A stretch of DNA of 63,659 bases, counting the filler. It is 9 parts of 9 records of this genome, joined end to end, with 100 filler letters (N's around TTAATTAATTAA, not from the genome) between each part and the next. Parts side by side here need not be neighbours in the genome. Positions count along the whole stretch, not along the records: positions 50,788 to 58,184 come from SRR31156797_76307; positions 58,285 to 63,659 come from SRR31156797_76357; 7 more parts are not named here. The stretch is one strand, 5' to 3'. The notes under the pieces were generated by a model. That model was not told where the DNA came from, made no database searches, and saw nothing but the letters and a program-made list of their open reading frames with translations. Below, piece after piece: positions 52,776 to 62,446 of this stretch (position 1 is the stretch's first letter; the number at the start of each line of letters is the position of its first letter). The position numbers and the translations under genes are program-made.

Positions 52776-54029
52776 TCAGCTGACGCGTTTGATGTCCGCT
52801 CCCAGGGCTGAGAATTTCTTTTCCAGGGCCTCATACCCCCTGTCGATATGATAGACCCGGTGAATGGTGGTCTTGCCACTGGCAACAAGCCCTGCGATCA
52901 CAAGGGATGCGCTGGCCCTCAGGTCAGACGCCATCACCTCCGCCCCGGAGAGGTTCTCCACTCCCCGTACCATGGCGTAGTTTCCCCCTGAGATCGAGAT
53001 ATCGGCGCCCATTCTCTGGAGCTCGTTGACATGCATGAACCTGTTTTCGAATATGGTTTCATGGATCACGCTGTTACCCTGGGCAATGGCCATGAGCACC
53101 ATGAACTGGGCCTGCATATCCGTGGGGAATCCGGGATAGGGAAGGGTCTTGATGTCGGTGCCGACGATCCTGTTTTCCCCCCTCACCCTCACGCCCTGGT
53201 CAAAGGTCTCCACGGAGGCGCCTGCCTGGCGAAGCTTGTTGATGATGCCGCCCATGTTCTCGGGCTCACACCCCATAACCCGTACATCACCGCCCGTTGC
53301 CGCTGCCGCCACCATGAAGGTGCCGGCCTCGATCCTGTCCGGAATCACTTCGATGCGTGCGGGATTGAGCCGTTCCACCCCGTTGATGGTGATCACCGCG
53401 GTTCCGGCCCCTTTCACATCCGCGCCCATCCGGTTGAGGGCATCGGCCAGGGCCGTTATTTCAGGCTCCCTGGCGCAGTTTCTCAGCACGGTGGTTCCGC
53501 TGGCAAGGGTTGCGGTCATCATGAGGTTTTCAGTTCCCGTTACCGTTGGCAGGTCAAAGTAAACTTCATTGCCCACCAGTTTCTCGGCCCTGGCATCGAT
53601 ATAGCCGTGCTCGATCTCGATGGTCGCCCCAAGGGCCTCAAGCCCCTTGAGGTGCATGTCCACGGGTCTTGCGCCGATGGCGCATCCGCCCGGCAGGGAT
53701 ACCCTCGCATGCCCGAACCGTGCCAGCAAAGGCCCCAGCACCAGGATGGAGGCACGCATCTTCCTGACAAGGTCGTAGGCCGCCTCAACCTTGTTGATTC
53801 CGGCCCCGTCGATCCTGACCAGGCCCTCACCCTCCTCGCAGGTGGCCCCCAGATCCTCGAGCAGCAGCTTGATGCTTCGTATGTCCATAAGATCCGGTAC
53901 ATTGGTGAATTCCGTGGCCCCGTTCACCAGTATGGATGATGCAAGCAGGGGAAGCGCAGCATTTTTCGCGCCACTGATCCAGACCTCCCCCGCCAACCTG
54001 TTTCCGCCGTTTATCTCTATCTTATCCAT
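52776..54029 (-). CDS. murA: UDP-GlcNAc 1-carboxyvinyltransferase
   Basis: [34 protein letters not shown]. Confidence 0.98.
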   Translation of the reverse strand: MDKIEINGGNRLAGEVWISGAKNAALPLLASSILVNGATEFTNVPDLMDIRSIKLLLEDLGATCEEGEGLVRIDGAGINKVEAAYDLVRKMRASILVLGPLLARFGHARVSLPGGCAIGARPVDMHLKGLEALGATIEIEHGYIDARAEKLVGNEVYFDLPTVTGTENLMMTATLASGTTVLRNCAREPEITALADALNRMGADVKGAGTAVITINGVERLNPARIEVIPDRIEAGTFMVAAAATGGDVRVMGCEPENMGGIINKLRQAGASVETFDQGVRVRGENRIVGTDIKTLPYPGFPTDMQAQFMVLMAIAQGNSVIHETIFENRFMHVNELQRMGADISISGGNYAMVRGVENLSGAEVMASDLRASASLVIAGLVASGKTTIHRVYHIDRGYEALEKKFSALGADIKRVS

Positions 54030-54126
54030 CTATAATTTAAACCAATCTTTTTTTAAGGTATCGTTACGAAATGCCTGTTTATGGCTGGGCAGGATATATC
54101 AACCCACCAAAAATTGCAATGAAGGA

Positions 54127-54792
54127 TTACAGCAGGGGCATGGCTTTCAGATCCCTGAGGATTCGCCGTTGTCTCGCCTTGAGATAACGGCTCGGCCGCT
54201 TGACGGACCATGTGTGGGGACTAGGAAGAATGGCGGTCATCAGTGCTGCCTGGCCGGGGGTCAACTCCCCTGCGCTGCAGGAGAAGTAACGGTTTGCCGC
54301 AGCCTCGGCCCCCACGATTCCTGCGCCCCAGTCAACCGTGTTGAGATAGATCTCAAGGATTCTATGCTTGTCCCAGCAGCACTCCATGAGGACCGTATAA
54401 TAGGCTTCAACGATCTTTCGGCCAATGGTCCTGCTGGGCAGAAGGAACACGGACCGGGCCGCCTGCATGGTGATGGTGCTGGCTCCCCGGATCTTGCGCT
54501 TGGCAATCATATCCTTTACCACCTGCCGGATCTCGGTAAAATCAAATCCATGGTGAAAGAGGAAACGCTGGTCCTCGGCGGCCATCACCGCCCTGCGCAA
54601 ATGGGGAGAAATCTCGTCCAGGTCCCGCCATATATATGTGGCGGAACGGTGGGGTTTCTTCTCCAGACGGTGCCGGGCCTTTTCCCAGGCCATGGTCATG
54701 GTGCAGGGAGGCTCCATGAATTTCAGCACCAGCACCTGGAGCAGGGAGACGCCGAACAGCAGGCCCAGAAGCACCAGCAGAACTTTTTTCAC
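54127..54792 (-). CDS. mtgA: Monofunctional peptidoglycan transglycosylase
   Basis: AEDQRF, RGASTITMQ, ILEIYLN. Confidence 0.92.
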   Translation of the reverse strand: MKKVLLVLLGLLFGVSLLQVLVLKFMEPPCTMTMAWEKARHRLEKKPHRSATYIWRDLDEISPHLRRAVMAAEDQRFLFHHGFDFTEIRQVVKDMIAKRKIRGASTITMQAARSVFLLPSRTIGRKIVEAYYTVLMECCWDKHRILEIYLNTVDWGAGIVGAEAAANRYFSCSAGELTPGQAALMTAILPSPHTWSVKRPSRYLKARQRRILRDLKAMPLL

Positions 54793-55031
54793 CTTCCCAG
54801 CCCCTTTATTCTGGGATCATCTTTATGAAGAATGTTGCATGTCTGGGATGCTTCATCAAACACAATGAACGCATTTCCCGACTTGAGTTGGTGGTACACC
54901 TGGGACAACTTCGTCTCCAGGCTCAACTCAACCGCTCCGTAATCCGTGCCCTCCCGTGTCACGAACTCCTCCACAAGCCCCGAAAGCGCTTCGGGACTCA
55001 GTTGATCGTAGGGAATTTTAACAGCCGCCAT
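54789..55031 (-). CDS. yheU: YheU (UPF0270) family protein
   Basis: IPYDQLSPEAL...EEFVTREGTDYG; AGGAGG SD before ATG 55031. Confidence 0.88.
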   Translation of the reverse strand: MAAVKIPYDQLSPEALSGLVEEFVTREGTDYGAVELSLETKLSQVYHQLKSGNAFIVFDEASQTCNILHKDDPRIKGLGR

Positions 55032-55247
55032 CAGCCTCCTTTTCAAACCAGGTCCAATGTTAATTTGTCTCCTTAAAAGCACAGAACCGCCCCAAAATCA
55101 AGAAAGATAAGGGGTGACGCCCATAAAATTTCGAGCCGGCACCGGCCTCCCCGCGCGGAGATCGGACCTATTACACCAGGGAAAAGGTATGTAAAGAAGT
55201 TAGCAGATTGGCCGTGTTTGACTGAAACGTATTTTTCAAGGGTGTTT

Positions 55248-55403
55248 TCAACGCAAGCCCGGATGTGCCTCAAGGGAAGATCCTTCCCGTTTGATTTCAA
55301 CCTTGCCGGATACGCTTTTCAGGAACCCGACATGCTCCTGTCCGCCGGCATCGCCATAAAACAGTGCTATGGCGATGATGATAAATTTCGTAGTATTTTT
55401 CAT
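55248..55403 (-). pseudogene. Truncated secreted protein resembling a FecR-domain N-terminus (51 aa, not in the ORF track)
   Basis: AAGGAG SD; MKNTTKFIIIAIALFYGDAGGQEHVGFLKSVSGKVEIKREGSSLEAHPGLR*. Confidence 0.5.
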
Positions 55404-55746
55404 TGACGGCTCCTTGTCGAACGGACCGGGATAAGATTCACCAAGTATATTCTTCTATTTAATCCATGTCAAGGCACCATATTTTCATCCTGGGGGCTCA
55501 CCCGCCGAACCGGAATAATTCTTTACATCCATCGTCAATATTGGTATTTTTCTATTTACAAATACTTAATATTTTTGACGAACTTGCCCGGACCATTTCA
55601 GAAAAGTGACCCAATGAAAAAAACACCGGGAGTTGTCGAATCGCTTCTATCCTCTGCCAAAGCAAGTGACCGGGAAAAAGGAATCAACGCGCTTCAAGGC
55701 CGCCGGCTATATCGACCAGGTCAAAGATGCCGAAAAGGAGGAAATC

Positions 55747-57849
55747 ATGTCACAGGTCGACGGCTATGACGATATCTTTGATGAGAATGGCTTTCCACTG
55801 ACGCCGGATGCCTACTTGAATGCGGCTTACCCGGAATCAGGTGAATTGTCAGTAAAAAAGGCACGGGCCCTGGCGGCGCGTTATCAGACCATTGCCCAAA
55901 ACAGCTGGCAGCAGGTAAAGGACTACTTCGCCAGCTATGATCCCCATATGATACTGGGCGGTATCAGCGCCCTGTTTATGTTCAATCAAATTCCGGGTAT
56001 TGCGGCCTCCATGAAAAACCTGAGTACCCGCGCCCATGATGCCGAACTCTGCCTTTGTCTGTTAGAGACCTTTTTGTCCCACGGCACCCAGGGCAAGCAG
56101 CCGACCTTGAAGACCATATATGACTTGAATTTTCATCTCAAATTATTGGTCCGCAATGTCCATATCCATTCCATGGTTGATTTCATGGAACGTCTGGCCA
56201 GGGATCAACATGAAGATAGAGACTCCCGGATGCTGATATTATCCGCATATTCGACCCTGCAGCGGCCAATCGACCTTCCCGTGACCACCAGGCCCCTGGC
56301 GCGACAAAAAGCCGCCGATTACAGCCGCTTGTTCGACTTTGACAGCTCCCTGGGCATATCAGGAGAAGATGTGGTGAAACTGCTGTCAACCGCAGGGGAA
56401 ACCATCGAAAACCGGTTCAATGACTGGCTGAAAACCTCCTGGTCGGATAGATCCTTGGATGAGCCACTGCCGGATGATTTACCCCGGTGTTTTCAGCTGA
56501 CCCCGGCGGACTTGCTTGGAATGAACAAGGAGATGGCCGGTGAACCATCTGTAAAATCCGTGATGGAACGTCTCTGCCATAAAATTCAATCCATTGAATT
56601 CGACGGTATCGCACAATCATTGATGGATAGAGAGATTCGCAAACGGCCCTTCATGCCTGTGCCGGACGGCAGTTACCGGTGCAGTTGTATCGATTCCCTG
56701 CTTCTGGATCCCAAACTCCTGGTCAACGAACTGGCCAGAGCCCCAGGGGTGACCACGGACAAAACCCATCGAAGAATCGCCACGCACCTGGAACAAAGGG
56801 TCACCGCCCTGCTCCGTGAAGCGTTTCCCTCCGCCAAGTTGTTTCCCAATGTAAAATGGCGCCACCCAAGCAGCAACACCGTTTATGACGTGGACCTGCT
56901 GATTGCCGTGGACGGATATTTGCTGGTTATTGAAGCCAGGAGCGGCCGGGTTACGGATCCGGCCCATGGAGGCAAACAGCTCAGGTTTGAAAAGAATGTC
57001 GGGAAACCGGTGGACTATGCCTCCTGGCAGACCTTCCGGTTTATCAACAGCCTGGCCGAGCTGACCCCAGTCAAGGGCATGACACCGGCGGAGCTGGATC
57101 AGTTCAGGGACACGCCGGAAGAAAAAATGCTTCCCCTGGTGATCACCCATGAGCAATTGGGGGTCATGGGGGCGACCCTCCCCCCCCGGACCAATGACAC
57201 GGCCCGGCCCATATCACTGGATGAGCTGCAACTCATGATGGACCTGCTCCACACTGAAGCTGAACGTCTTTTCTACCTGGTCTGGAGAAAACAATACGCG
57301 GCTTTCATCGGGACGGAAACACGGCTGCTGGGCCTCTATCTGAATGCCGCCTTTGCCGACCGGGAAAGCGTGGACGGGACTTCTGACGAAGACTATCTGA
57401 CCCAGTACCATCTGTACAAAACCGGTCAGGTCCCGGAACCGCCTTCAAGGCTATTCACCCCCCGCTGGGAAGCCATGCTGGCGGGTTTTGCCCGGCACCG
57501 GTCCAAAGACTGGCTGGCGATTTCCTTTGACATCCTCGGCTTTGACCATACCCGGCAGCTGGCATTTGAAAAGCAGCTGAACGACATGCGCACCCAGGTG
57601 GCACAACAAATGGGGCATATGAAGGCACCGGCCATATTCACGGTGTCATACGGCACCAGCCTGGGCCGCAAGGTGGCCCTGTGTCCCGGTATCTGTGTCA
57701 ATAACGACGCAGAAATGCGCAACAAAGTCATGCAACAGTGCGCGGAAAACGTCCTGGAAAAATCGGATGCCGAAGAGGTGCTGGTGCTTGCGATCCAGGA
57801 CGAATACCAGGACCCTGATTTTACATCGTTTTTCTACGTCACCCGGTAG
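55747..57849 (+). CDS. Large hypothetical protein with NERD/PD-(D/E)xK-like nuclease domain
   Basis: AAGGAGG SD before ATG 55747; LEQRV...NVKW...DVDLLIAVDGYLLVIEARSG. Confidence 0.7.
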   Translation: MSQVDGYDDIFDENGFPLTPDAYLNAAYPESGELSVKKARALAARYQTIAQNSWQQVKDYFASYDPHMILGGISALFMFNQIPGIAASMKNLSTRAHDAELCLCLLETFLSHGTQGKQPTLKTIYDLNFHLKLLVRNVHIHSMVDFMERLARDQHEDRDSRMLILSAYSTLQRPIDLPVTTRPLARQKAADYSRLFDFDSSLGISGEDVVKLLSTAGETIENRFNDWLKTSWSDRSLDEPLPDDLPRCFQLTPADLLGMNKEMAGEPSVKSVMERLCHKIQSIEFDGIAQSLMDREIRKRPFMPVPDGSYRCSCIDSLLLDPKLLVNELARAPGVTTDKTHRRIATHLEQRVTALLREAFPSAKLFPNVKWRHPSSNTVYDVDLLIAVDGYLLVIEARSGRVTDPAHGGKQLRFEKNVGKPVDYASWQTFRFINSLAELTPVKGMTPAELDQFRDTPEEKMLPLVITHEQLGVMGATLPPRTNDTARPISLDELQLMMDLLHTEAERLFYLVWRKQYAAFIGTETRLLGLYLNAAFADRESVDGTSDEDYLTQYHLYKTGQVPEPPSRLFTPRWEAMLAGFARHRSKDWLAISFDILGFDHTRQLAFEKQLNDMRTQVAQQMGHMKAPAIFTVSYGTSLGRKVALCPGICVNNDAEMRNKVMQQCAENVLEKSDAEEVLVLAIQDEYQDPDFTSFFYVTR

Positions 57850-57935
57850 TCAGGAAATATTGAGCTGAAGCCCATTGATCAAACACGGAACAAATGGGGG
57901 AGAGAGAGACGGCCGTCCCGGTCCTCCCCCCGGGT

Positions 57936-58184
57936 TCAGACTTTGAAGCCGCCCACCATCTTCTTTAGATTTTCCGCAAGTTCCAACAGCTCGGCGGCGT
58001 TTTGGCTGACCGTTGAGCTGCTGTCTGTCATCTCCATGGATTGCTTACTCACAGCTGAGATATCCGTTGTGATCTCTTCAGAAACCCGGGAACTCTGGGC
58101 CACATTCTCGCTGATCTCCGCCAGGCCCTGGGAGGCCTGGGCAACATTCCCCGAGATCTCCTGGGTGGTGACACTCTGCTCTTC
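57936..58184 (-). CDS. Methyl-accepting chemotaxis protein C-terminus, 5'-truncated (not in the ORF track)
   Basis: EEQSVTTQEISGNVAQASQG...NAAELLELAENLKKMVGGFKV*. Confidence 0.88.
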   Translation of the reverse strand, partial: EEQSVTTQEISGNVAQASQGLAEISENVAQSSRVSEEITTDISAVSKQSMEMTDSSSTVSQNAAELLELAENLKKMVGGFKV

Positions 58185-58284
58185 NNNNNNNNNNNNNNNN
58201 NNNNNNNNNNNNNNNNNNNNNNNNNNNNTTAATTAATTAANNNNNNNNNNNNNNNNNNNNNNNNNNNNNNNNNNNNNNNNNNNN
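58185..58284. other. Artificial contig spacer 8
   Basis: N44-TTAATTAATTAA-N44. Confidence 0.99.
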
Positions 58285-58745
58285 TTAAATCCTTTTTCGT
58301 TAAAATATTTATGAATGGCAAAAGCCATTGCATGCCGCACCCGAAACACGGCACTAAAAGTATTGGTTCGAAAACGCAAGTGTGCATTTTCGCGTAAAAA
58401 CTCAAGCGAATGACGTTTCGGTTGTATAGGGTACTTATCCGGATCGGCACCACCTAAAAGATCAATACTTTTTGCAGTCAACTCAATTCGCTGTCCGCTT
58501 CCGGCCGATTCTACCAACTCGCCCGTTACAGCCAGAGCTGCTCCGGTATTTATTTCACGAAGTAAGGCTTCATCAAAATTTTCAACATCTACCACTATTT
58601 GAAGATTATTAATTGTAGAACCATCGTTCAAGGCAATAAAATTTACATTTTTACTCCCCCGTTTTGTTCGTACCCAACCTTTGGCAACCACTTCGCTGCC
58701 AACTTGTCCATCTTTCAGAATGTCTTTAATTTTCAAACGTGCCAT
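58285..58745 (-). CDS. asnS: Asparagine--tRNA ligase, 3'-truncated
   Basis: [37 protein letters not shown]. Confidence 0.96.
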
Positions 58746-58819
58746 GATGTTTCTTTTTAAACTACCTTAATTAACCTGCTAATACTACAGGTACATTGTC
58801 TTTTCAAAATTTGAGCTTA

Positions 58820-58827
58820 CAAATTTA
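58820..58827 (-). promoter_or_regulatory. Bacteroidota -7 promoter element for asnS
   Basis: TAAATTTG matches TAnnTTTG. Confidence 0.55.
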
Positions 58828-58899
58828 TACTTTATTAGCAATAAAGTAACAGCACGTATCAAATTCGTTCTTTTTTTAATACATACATGAAATAATGTA

Positions 58900-58938
58900 A
58901 AAGAGAAACAGGATACACCTAATGTTATATCCTGTTTG
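58900..58938 (-). terminator. Terminator hairpin upstream of asnS
   Basis: AAACAGGATA...TATCCTGTTT stem, then CTCTTTT on the minus strand. Confidence 0.6.
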
Positions 58939-59230
58939 TAAATGGTAACAGATTTTCAATATCGCTCCTACCCTTCTTAATTAGATTGCGAATACCAAAT
59001 TGACTACAAAATGCCGCATATAAACTTATTCTTATTCGGTTTCTCTTCATTGAAAAATTGTAACGTAGCTAAGGCTATGCTAAAATTCTTCGCTTTGATA
59101 AATCAAAAAATAATTGTCGGATCCAATGCGATATTTTATAATCAAATTAGTATAAGACACCACTAAAGGTTCATTCTTTAAATCTTCCACTCAACTATTT
59201 AATGAAAGTTTTGGTTTTACCAATTCCCCA

Positions 59231-59806
59231 CTAATTAAACTCAATTTCTTCTATCACCTGGAATTCACTGGTATCGATGTTCCCTTTCGAGTTAAAACAG
59301 GAAACTTTGCTCAATTTGCATTCCCCGTATCTTTGAAAAGAGTTTGCCCGACTTGAATTACCCGACCTCTTGCCTTTTGCGTGATAATTTCTTTCTTTCT
59401 CTGAAGCAAAAGAATTCCCCCTGCCCCTGCCAACATTCTGATTACGGCCAAAGCTCCCTTTCATGTGAAGTTGGTTGTATTGCTTTTGCTGATCGGGAGT
59501 TAATACCTTTTTTACTTGTGAGTGATGTGCCTCTACCGCCTCCAACATTTCTGTCCTTATCCTGGTCTTTTCACCCACATCTGTAGTTGCCCGCCTTTTT
59601 CCACGTAACTCAGCCATAACTTTCTGATGTTCTTCTTCTAAGTTCTGAATTTGGGTTTGTTGCTTGGTGGTCAACCCTGCAACATGAACAGAGCATCCTT
59701 CCTGATTGTAATTGTTTCTGTTTCCATTCCCCTGAGCCAATACAGTTGTTGTGAACAACAGGGCAAAACACACCCAGGCAATGTTTTTTAACTTGCTTAC
59801 TTCCAT
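59231..59806 (-). CDS. Spy/CpxP-like periplasmic protein
   Basis: Signal peptide; LTTKQ and LTPDQ (LTxxQ) motifs. Confidence 0.7.
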   Translation of the reverse strand: MEVSKLKNIAWVCFALLFTTTVLAQGNGNRNNYNQEGCSVHVAGLTTKQQTQIQNLEEEHQKVMAELRGKRRATTDVGEKTRIRTEMLEAVEAHHSQVKKVLTPDQQKQYNQLHMKGSFGRNQNVGRGRGNSFASEKERNYHAKGKRSGNSSRANSFQRYGECKLSKVSCFNSKGNIDTSEFQVIEEIEFN

Positions 59807-59827
59807 GACATTAAATTTACTTGTTAT

Positions 59828-60361
59828 TTATTTTGATTGCTGCCGCCCATGTTGTTTCCTACCCCTTTGGGGCAACGAAACATCTTCTTCTGATTTCGAC
59901 ATGGACAGAAAAATTTCATTTAGCTTTATTTCTTGATTCTCATCGCAAATTTTCTTCATGTTCAGATAATAACTTATGGTTAATCTTTTTAACCGCGTAT
60001 GCAATGTTCCTATGTTTTCAGAAATGGAGTCAAGATTAATACTGTTTGGTTCTGAATTCCCCATCTCTTCAATCATTTCGAACCGTAACTCTTGTAATTG
60101 AAAAGCAATCTGACGTGCATTACGATTGTAATCGCGACTCAATTCCCGAAATACTTCCACCTGGTTATGGTTAAGATTTAATTGCTCCCTGAAAAAGCGA
60201 ACACGTTGTTCCGACGGTATTTCAACCTGCTCCGATTGAGATTTGGCAGCTTTTTTCTCTTGTTGTTTATGGTACCAAAACGAAAATCCCATTGAAAGAT
60301 TTGATGCCAGCAGAATAATAATTATCCAAATTAAAATGCGGTATGTATTTTTTATTACCAT
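59828..60361 (-). CDS. Membrane-anchored Spy/CpxP (periplasmic heavy-metal sensor) family protein
   Basis: N-terminal TM; LNLNHNQ and ICDENQ helical hairpin pattern. Confidence 0.72.
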   Translation of the reverse strand: MVIKNTYRILIWIIIILLASNLSMGFSFWYHKQQEKKAAKSQSEQVEIPSEQRVRFFREQLNLNHNQVEVFRELSRDYNRNARQIAFQLQELRFEMIEEMGNSEPNSINLDSISENIGTLHTRLKRLTISYYLNMKKICDENQEIKLNEIFLSMSKSEEDVSLPQRGRKQHGRQQSK

Positions 60362-60364
60362 AGC

Positions 60365-60796
60365 CTACTTTGTTAAAAATGTCTCAATGGGTTCCGCATT
60401 CATATCATTTAAGTACATCACCATCTGACTTTCATTTTCAGCTCTATTGCCCTGCTGCTTGCTCAATGGTTCACCGAGCTTAAATCCACCATAAATTCCA
60501 AGCAATAAAATAAATGAAAAAGCCACTGGCTGCAGAATTCGTGTTAAAGCAAAACCAATAAAATTTTCCTTCTTTTCTTCTTTTCTTAAGCGTGCTTTTA
60601 CACGGGTATAGAAGAACGGAACATCTGTTTTAATTTTATCTCCATCAACAACTTTCAGGCTTAATTGCATCTCTTGTGCAAAAAGAGAACATTCGGAACA
60701 AACATCAAGATGTTCCTGAACCAATTTTATTTCTGAATCCGGTAGTTCTTTTTCAAGAAAAAAAATCAACTTTTTATGTATTTTTTTACAGCTCAT
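60365..60796 (-). CDS. zf-HC2 anti-sigma factor
   Basis: C...HLDVCSEC zinc motif plus one TM; follows the ECF gene. Confidence 0.85.
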   Translation of the reverse strand: MSCKKIHKKLIFFLEKELPDSEIKLVQEHLDVCSECSLFAQEMQLSLKVVDGDKIKTDVPFFYTRVKARLRKEEKKENFIGFALTRILQPVAFSFILLLGIYGGFKLGEPLSKQQGNRAENESQMVMYLNDMNAEPIETFLTK

Positions 60797-60811
60797 TTTT
60801 TGAATTCTGAT

Positions 60812-60841
60812 TATATGACACCTTCATTGTTAAAAACCTGC
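60812..60841 (-). promoter_or_regulatory. Candidate ECF promoter (copy before anti-sigma)
   Basis: CAGGTTTTT-N10-GTGTCATAT, same register as the copy before the sigma gene. Confidence 0.55.
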
Positions 60842-60843
60842 AC

Positions 60844-61425
60844 TTACATGCACTTTTTTTTGTAGCACTTATATAATTTTTTCTGTAATGATTTTTTTGC
60901 CCGAAAAAGGAGGGACTCTACAGATGAAATAGACAGATGCATAACTTCGGCTATCTCCTGGTACGAAAGTTCTTCGTATTTGCTTAAAGTAAAAGCCACT
61001 TTTTGGTTTTTGGGCAATGTAGCAATAGCTTCTTTTATGATCATTGCTCTTTGCTTGTTTTCAAGCTTGTATGCTGGCTGATCTGATTCTGCTGACTCGA
61101 CTTTTAAAAGCTGCCGGTTCTTTTTTACCGCGTCATCCTCAAACGATTGAAACCATTTATGTTTTTTATTATCACGCAGGTGATTTAGTGATCGGTTAAC
61201 AGCAATACGGTACAACCAGGTTGATAATTTTGAATCGGCATTAAATTTCTCAAAATTTCTGTAAACCTCAACAAACACGTTCTGCGCAATATCTTCTGCA
61301 TCTTCACGGTTTTGAACCATTCCATAACAGGTATTAATCACCATACGCTGGTAATTGTCAACCAAACGTTCAAAGGCGAGCTCTTCACCCCGTTTTAATC
61401 CTTTAATGATTTCGATGTCCTGCAT
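60844..61425 (-). CDS. ECF sigma factor
   Basis: DAEDIAQNVF, STWLYRIAVN, SYQEIAEVMHLSISSVESLLFRA. Confidence 0.95.
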   Translation of the reverse strand: MQDIEIIKGLKRGEELAFERLVDNYQRMVINTCYGMVQNREDAEDIAQNVFVEVYRNFEKFNADSKLSTWLYRIAVNRSLNHLRDNKKHKWFQSFEDDAVKKNRQLLKVESAESDQPAYKLENKQRAMIIKEAIATLPKNQKVAFTLSKYEELSYQEIAEVMHLSISSVESLLFRAKKSLQKKLYKCYKKKCM

Positions 61426-61450
61426 TCAAAAATTTCCTCTGAAATTATGA

Positions 61451-61479
61451 ATAAGACACGGAGATTTAAAAAAACTTGT
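61451..61479 (-). promoter_or_regulatory. Candidate ECF promoter (copy before sigma)
   Basis: CAAGTTTTT-N10-GTGTCTTAT. Confidence 0.55.
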
Positions 61480-61491
61480 GTGGAATTTTAA

Positions 61492-62358
61492 CTAATCCTC
61501 ATTTTTCCCTTTATATGGCGACTCCAACTTTCGCCCACGGTAAGCGAAACGTTGCGACATGAATGCAAGAATTTCATTTGCCGTACTTTCAATAGGTTTG
61601 TTCGAAACATTTATTACAGAGAAACCTCCCCGGTCGAAAACAAACATGGCCTTTCTGATCTCTTCTCTTACCGAACGCTGATCAATATAAGATTCACTCC
61701 TGTGGTTATTCCAGTTCGACAGCCTTTTCTGGCGGTGGGCAATTAGCTGTCCGGCACCAATATGTAACCCGAAAACACGCTTCGGATCTACCTCAAAAAG
61801 CTCTTTGGGTGGTTCTACCCCGGGAACAAGGGGCACATTGGCCACTTTCCATCCATACATGGCCAGATAAACACTAAGCGGTGTTTTACCTGCTCTTGAA
61901 ACTCCGGTTAATATAATTTCAGCCTCGCGCAAGCGTTGTGGACTCATTCCGTCGTCGTGGGTCAAAGTAAATTCAATAGAATCAATCCGGTTAAAATACT
62001 GATGATTTAACTGGCGATACAATCCTGGATGTTTTAACGGTTCCACATCCAGGTTTTCATCGAGATAGTCGGCAAGTTTACCCATCAAATCAACCACAGG
62101 AACATTAAACTCTTCACCCAAATCGTTTATTTTTTCGCGTAAATCGGGATTAACCATGGTATGCGTAATTAGCCCCCCGTCGGCTTTTGCCTTCATAATA
62201 ATATCGAAGATTTCGTCCTCACTATCTACTTCCCCAACAATAACTACCGGTACTTTATTATCGGGGTATTGAATAAGTAAGGACTGTACCAGGTTATTTC
62301 CGGCAATTCCCCGTCCACCAGAAACCACGTATATCGGAGCTTGCAAAGTTTTACTCAT
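61492..62358 (-). CDS. Pyruvate,phosphate/water dikinase regulatory protein (DUF299)
   Basis: YFNRIDSIEFTLTHDDG, GVSRAGKTPLSVYLA, KVANVPL, KPIESTA. Confidence 0.92.
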   Translation of the reverse strand: MSKTLQAPIYVVSGGRGIAGNNLVQSLLIQYPDNKVPVVIVGEVDSEDEIFDIIMKAKADGGLITHTMVNPDLREKINDLGEEFNVPVVDLMGKLADYLDENLDVEPLKHPGLYRQLNHQYFNRIDSIEFTLTHDDGMSPQRLREAEIILTGVSRAGKTPLSVYLAMYGWKVANVPLVPGVEPPKELFEVDPKRVFGLHIGAGQLIAHRQKRLSNWNNHRSESYIDQRSVREEIRKAMFVFDRGGFSVINVSNKPIESTANEILAFMSQRFAYRGRKLESPYKGKNED

Positions 62359-62446
62359 CGTTTTATTTTAGTCTTTTTGGTAGAACACAAAACTAACATA
62401 TTGGTTTTCTACAACTAAATAAATCTCATCAACAGTTACGCTGTCA

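Noticed and set aside
57943..58236. 97-aa plus-strand ORF in the track
   Set aside because: The real gene is the MCP tail on the opposite strand
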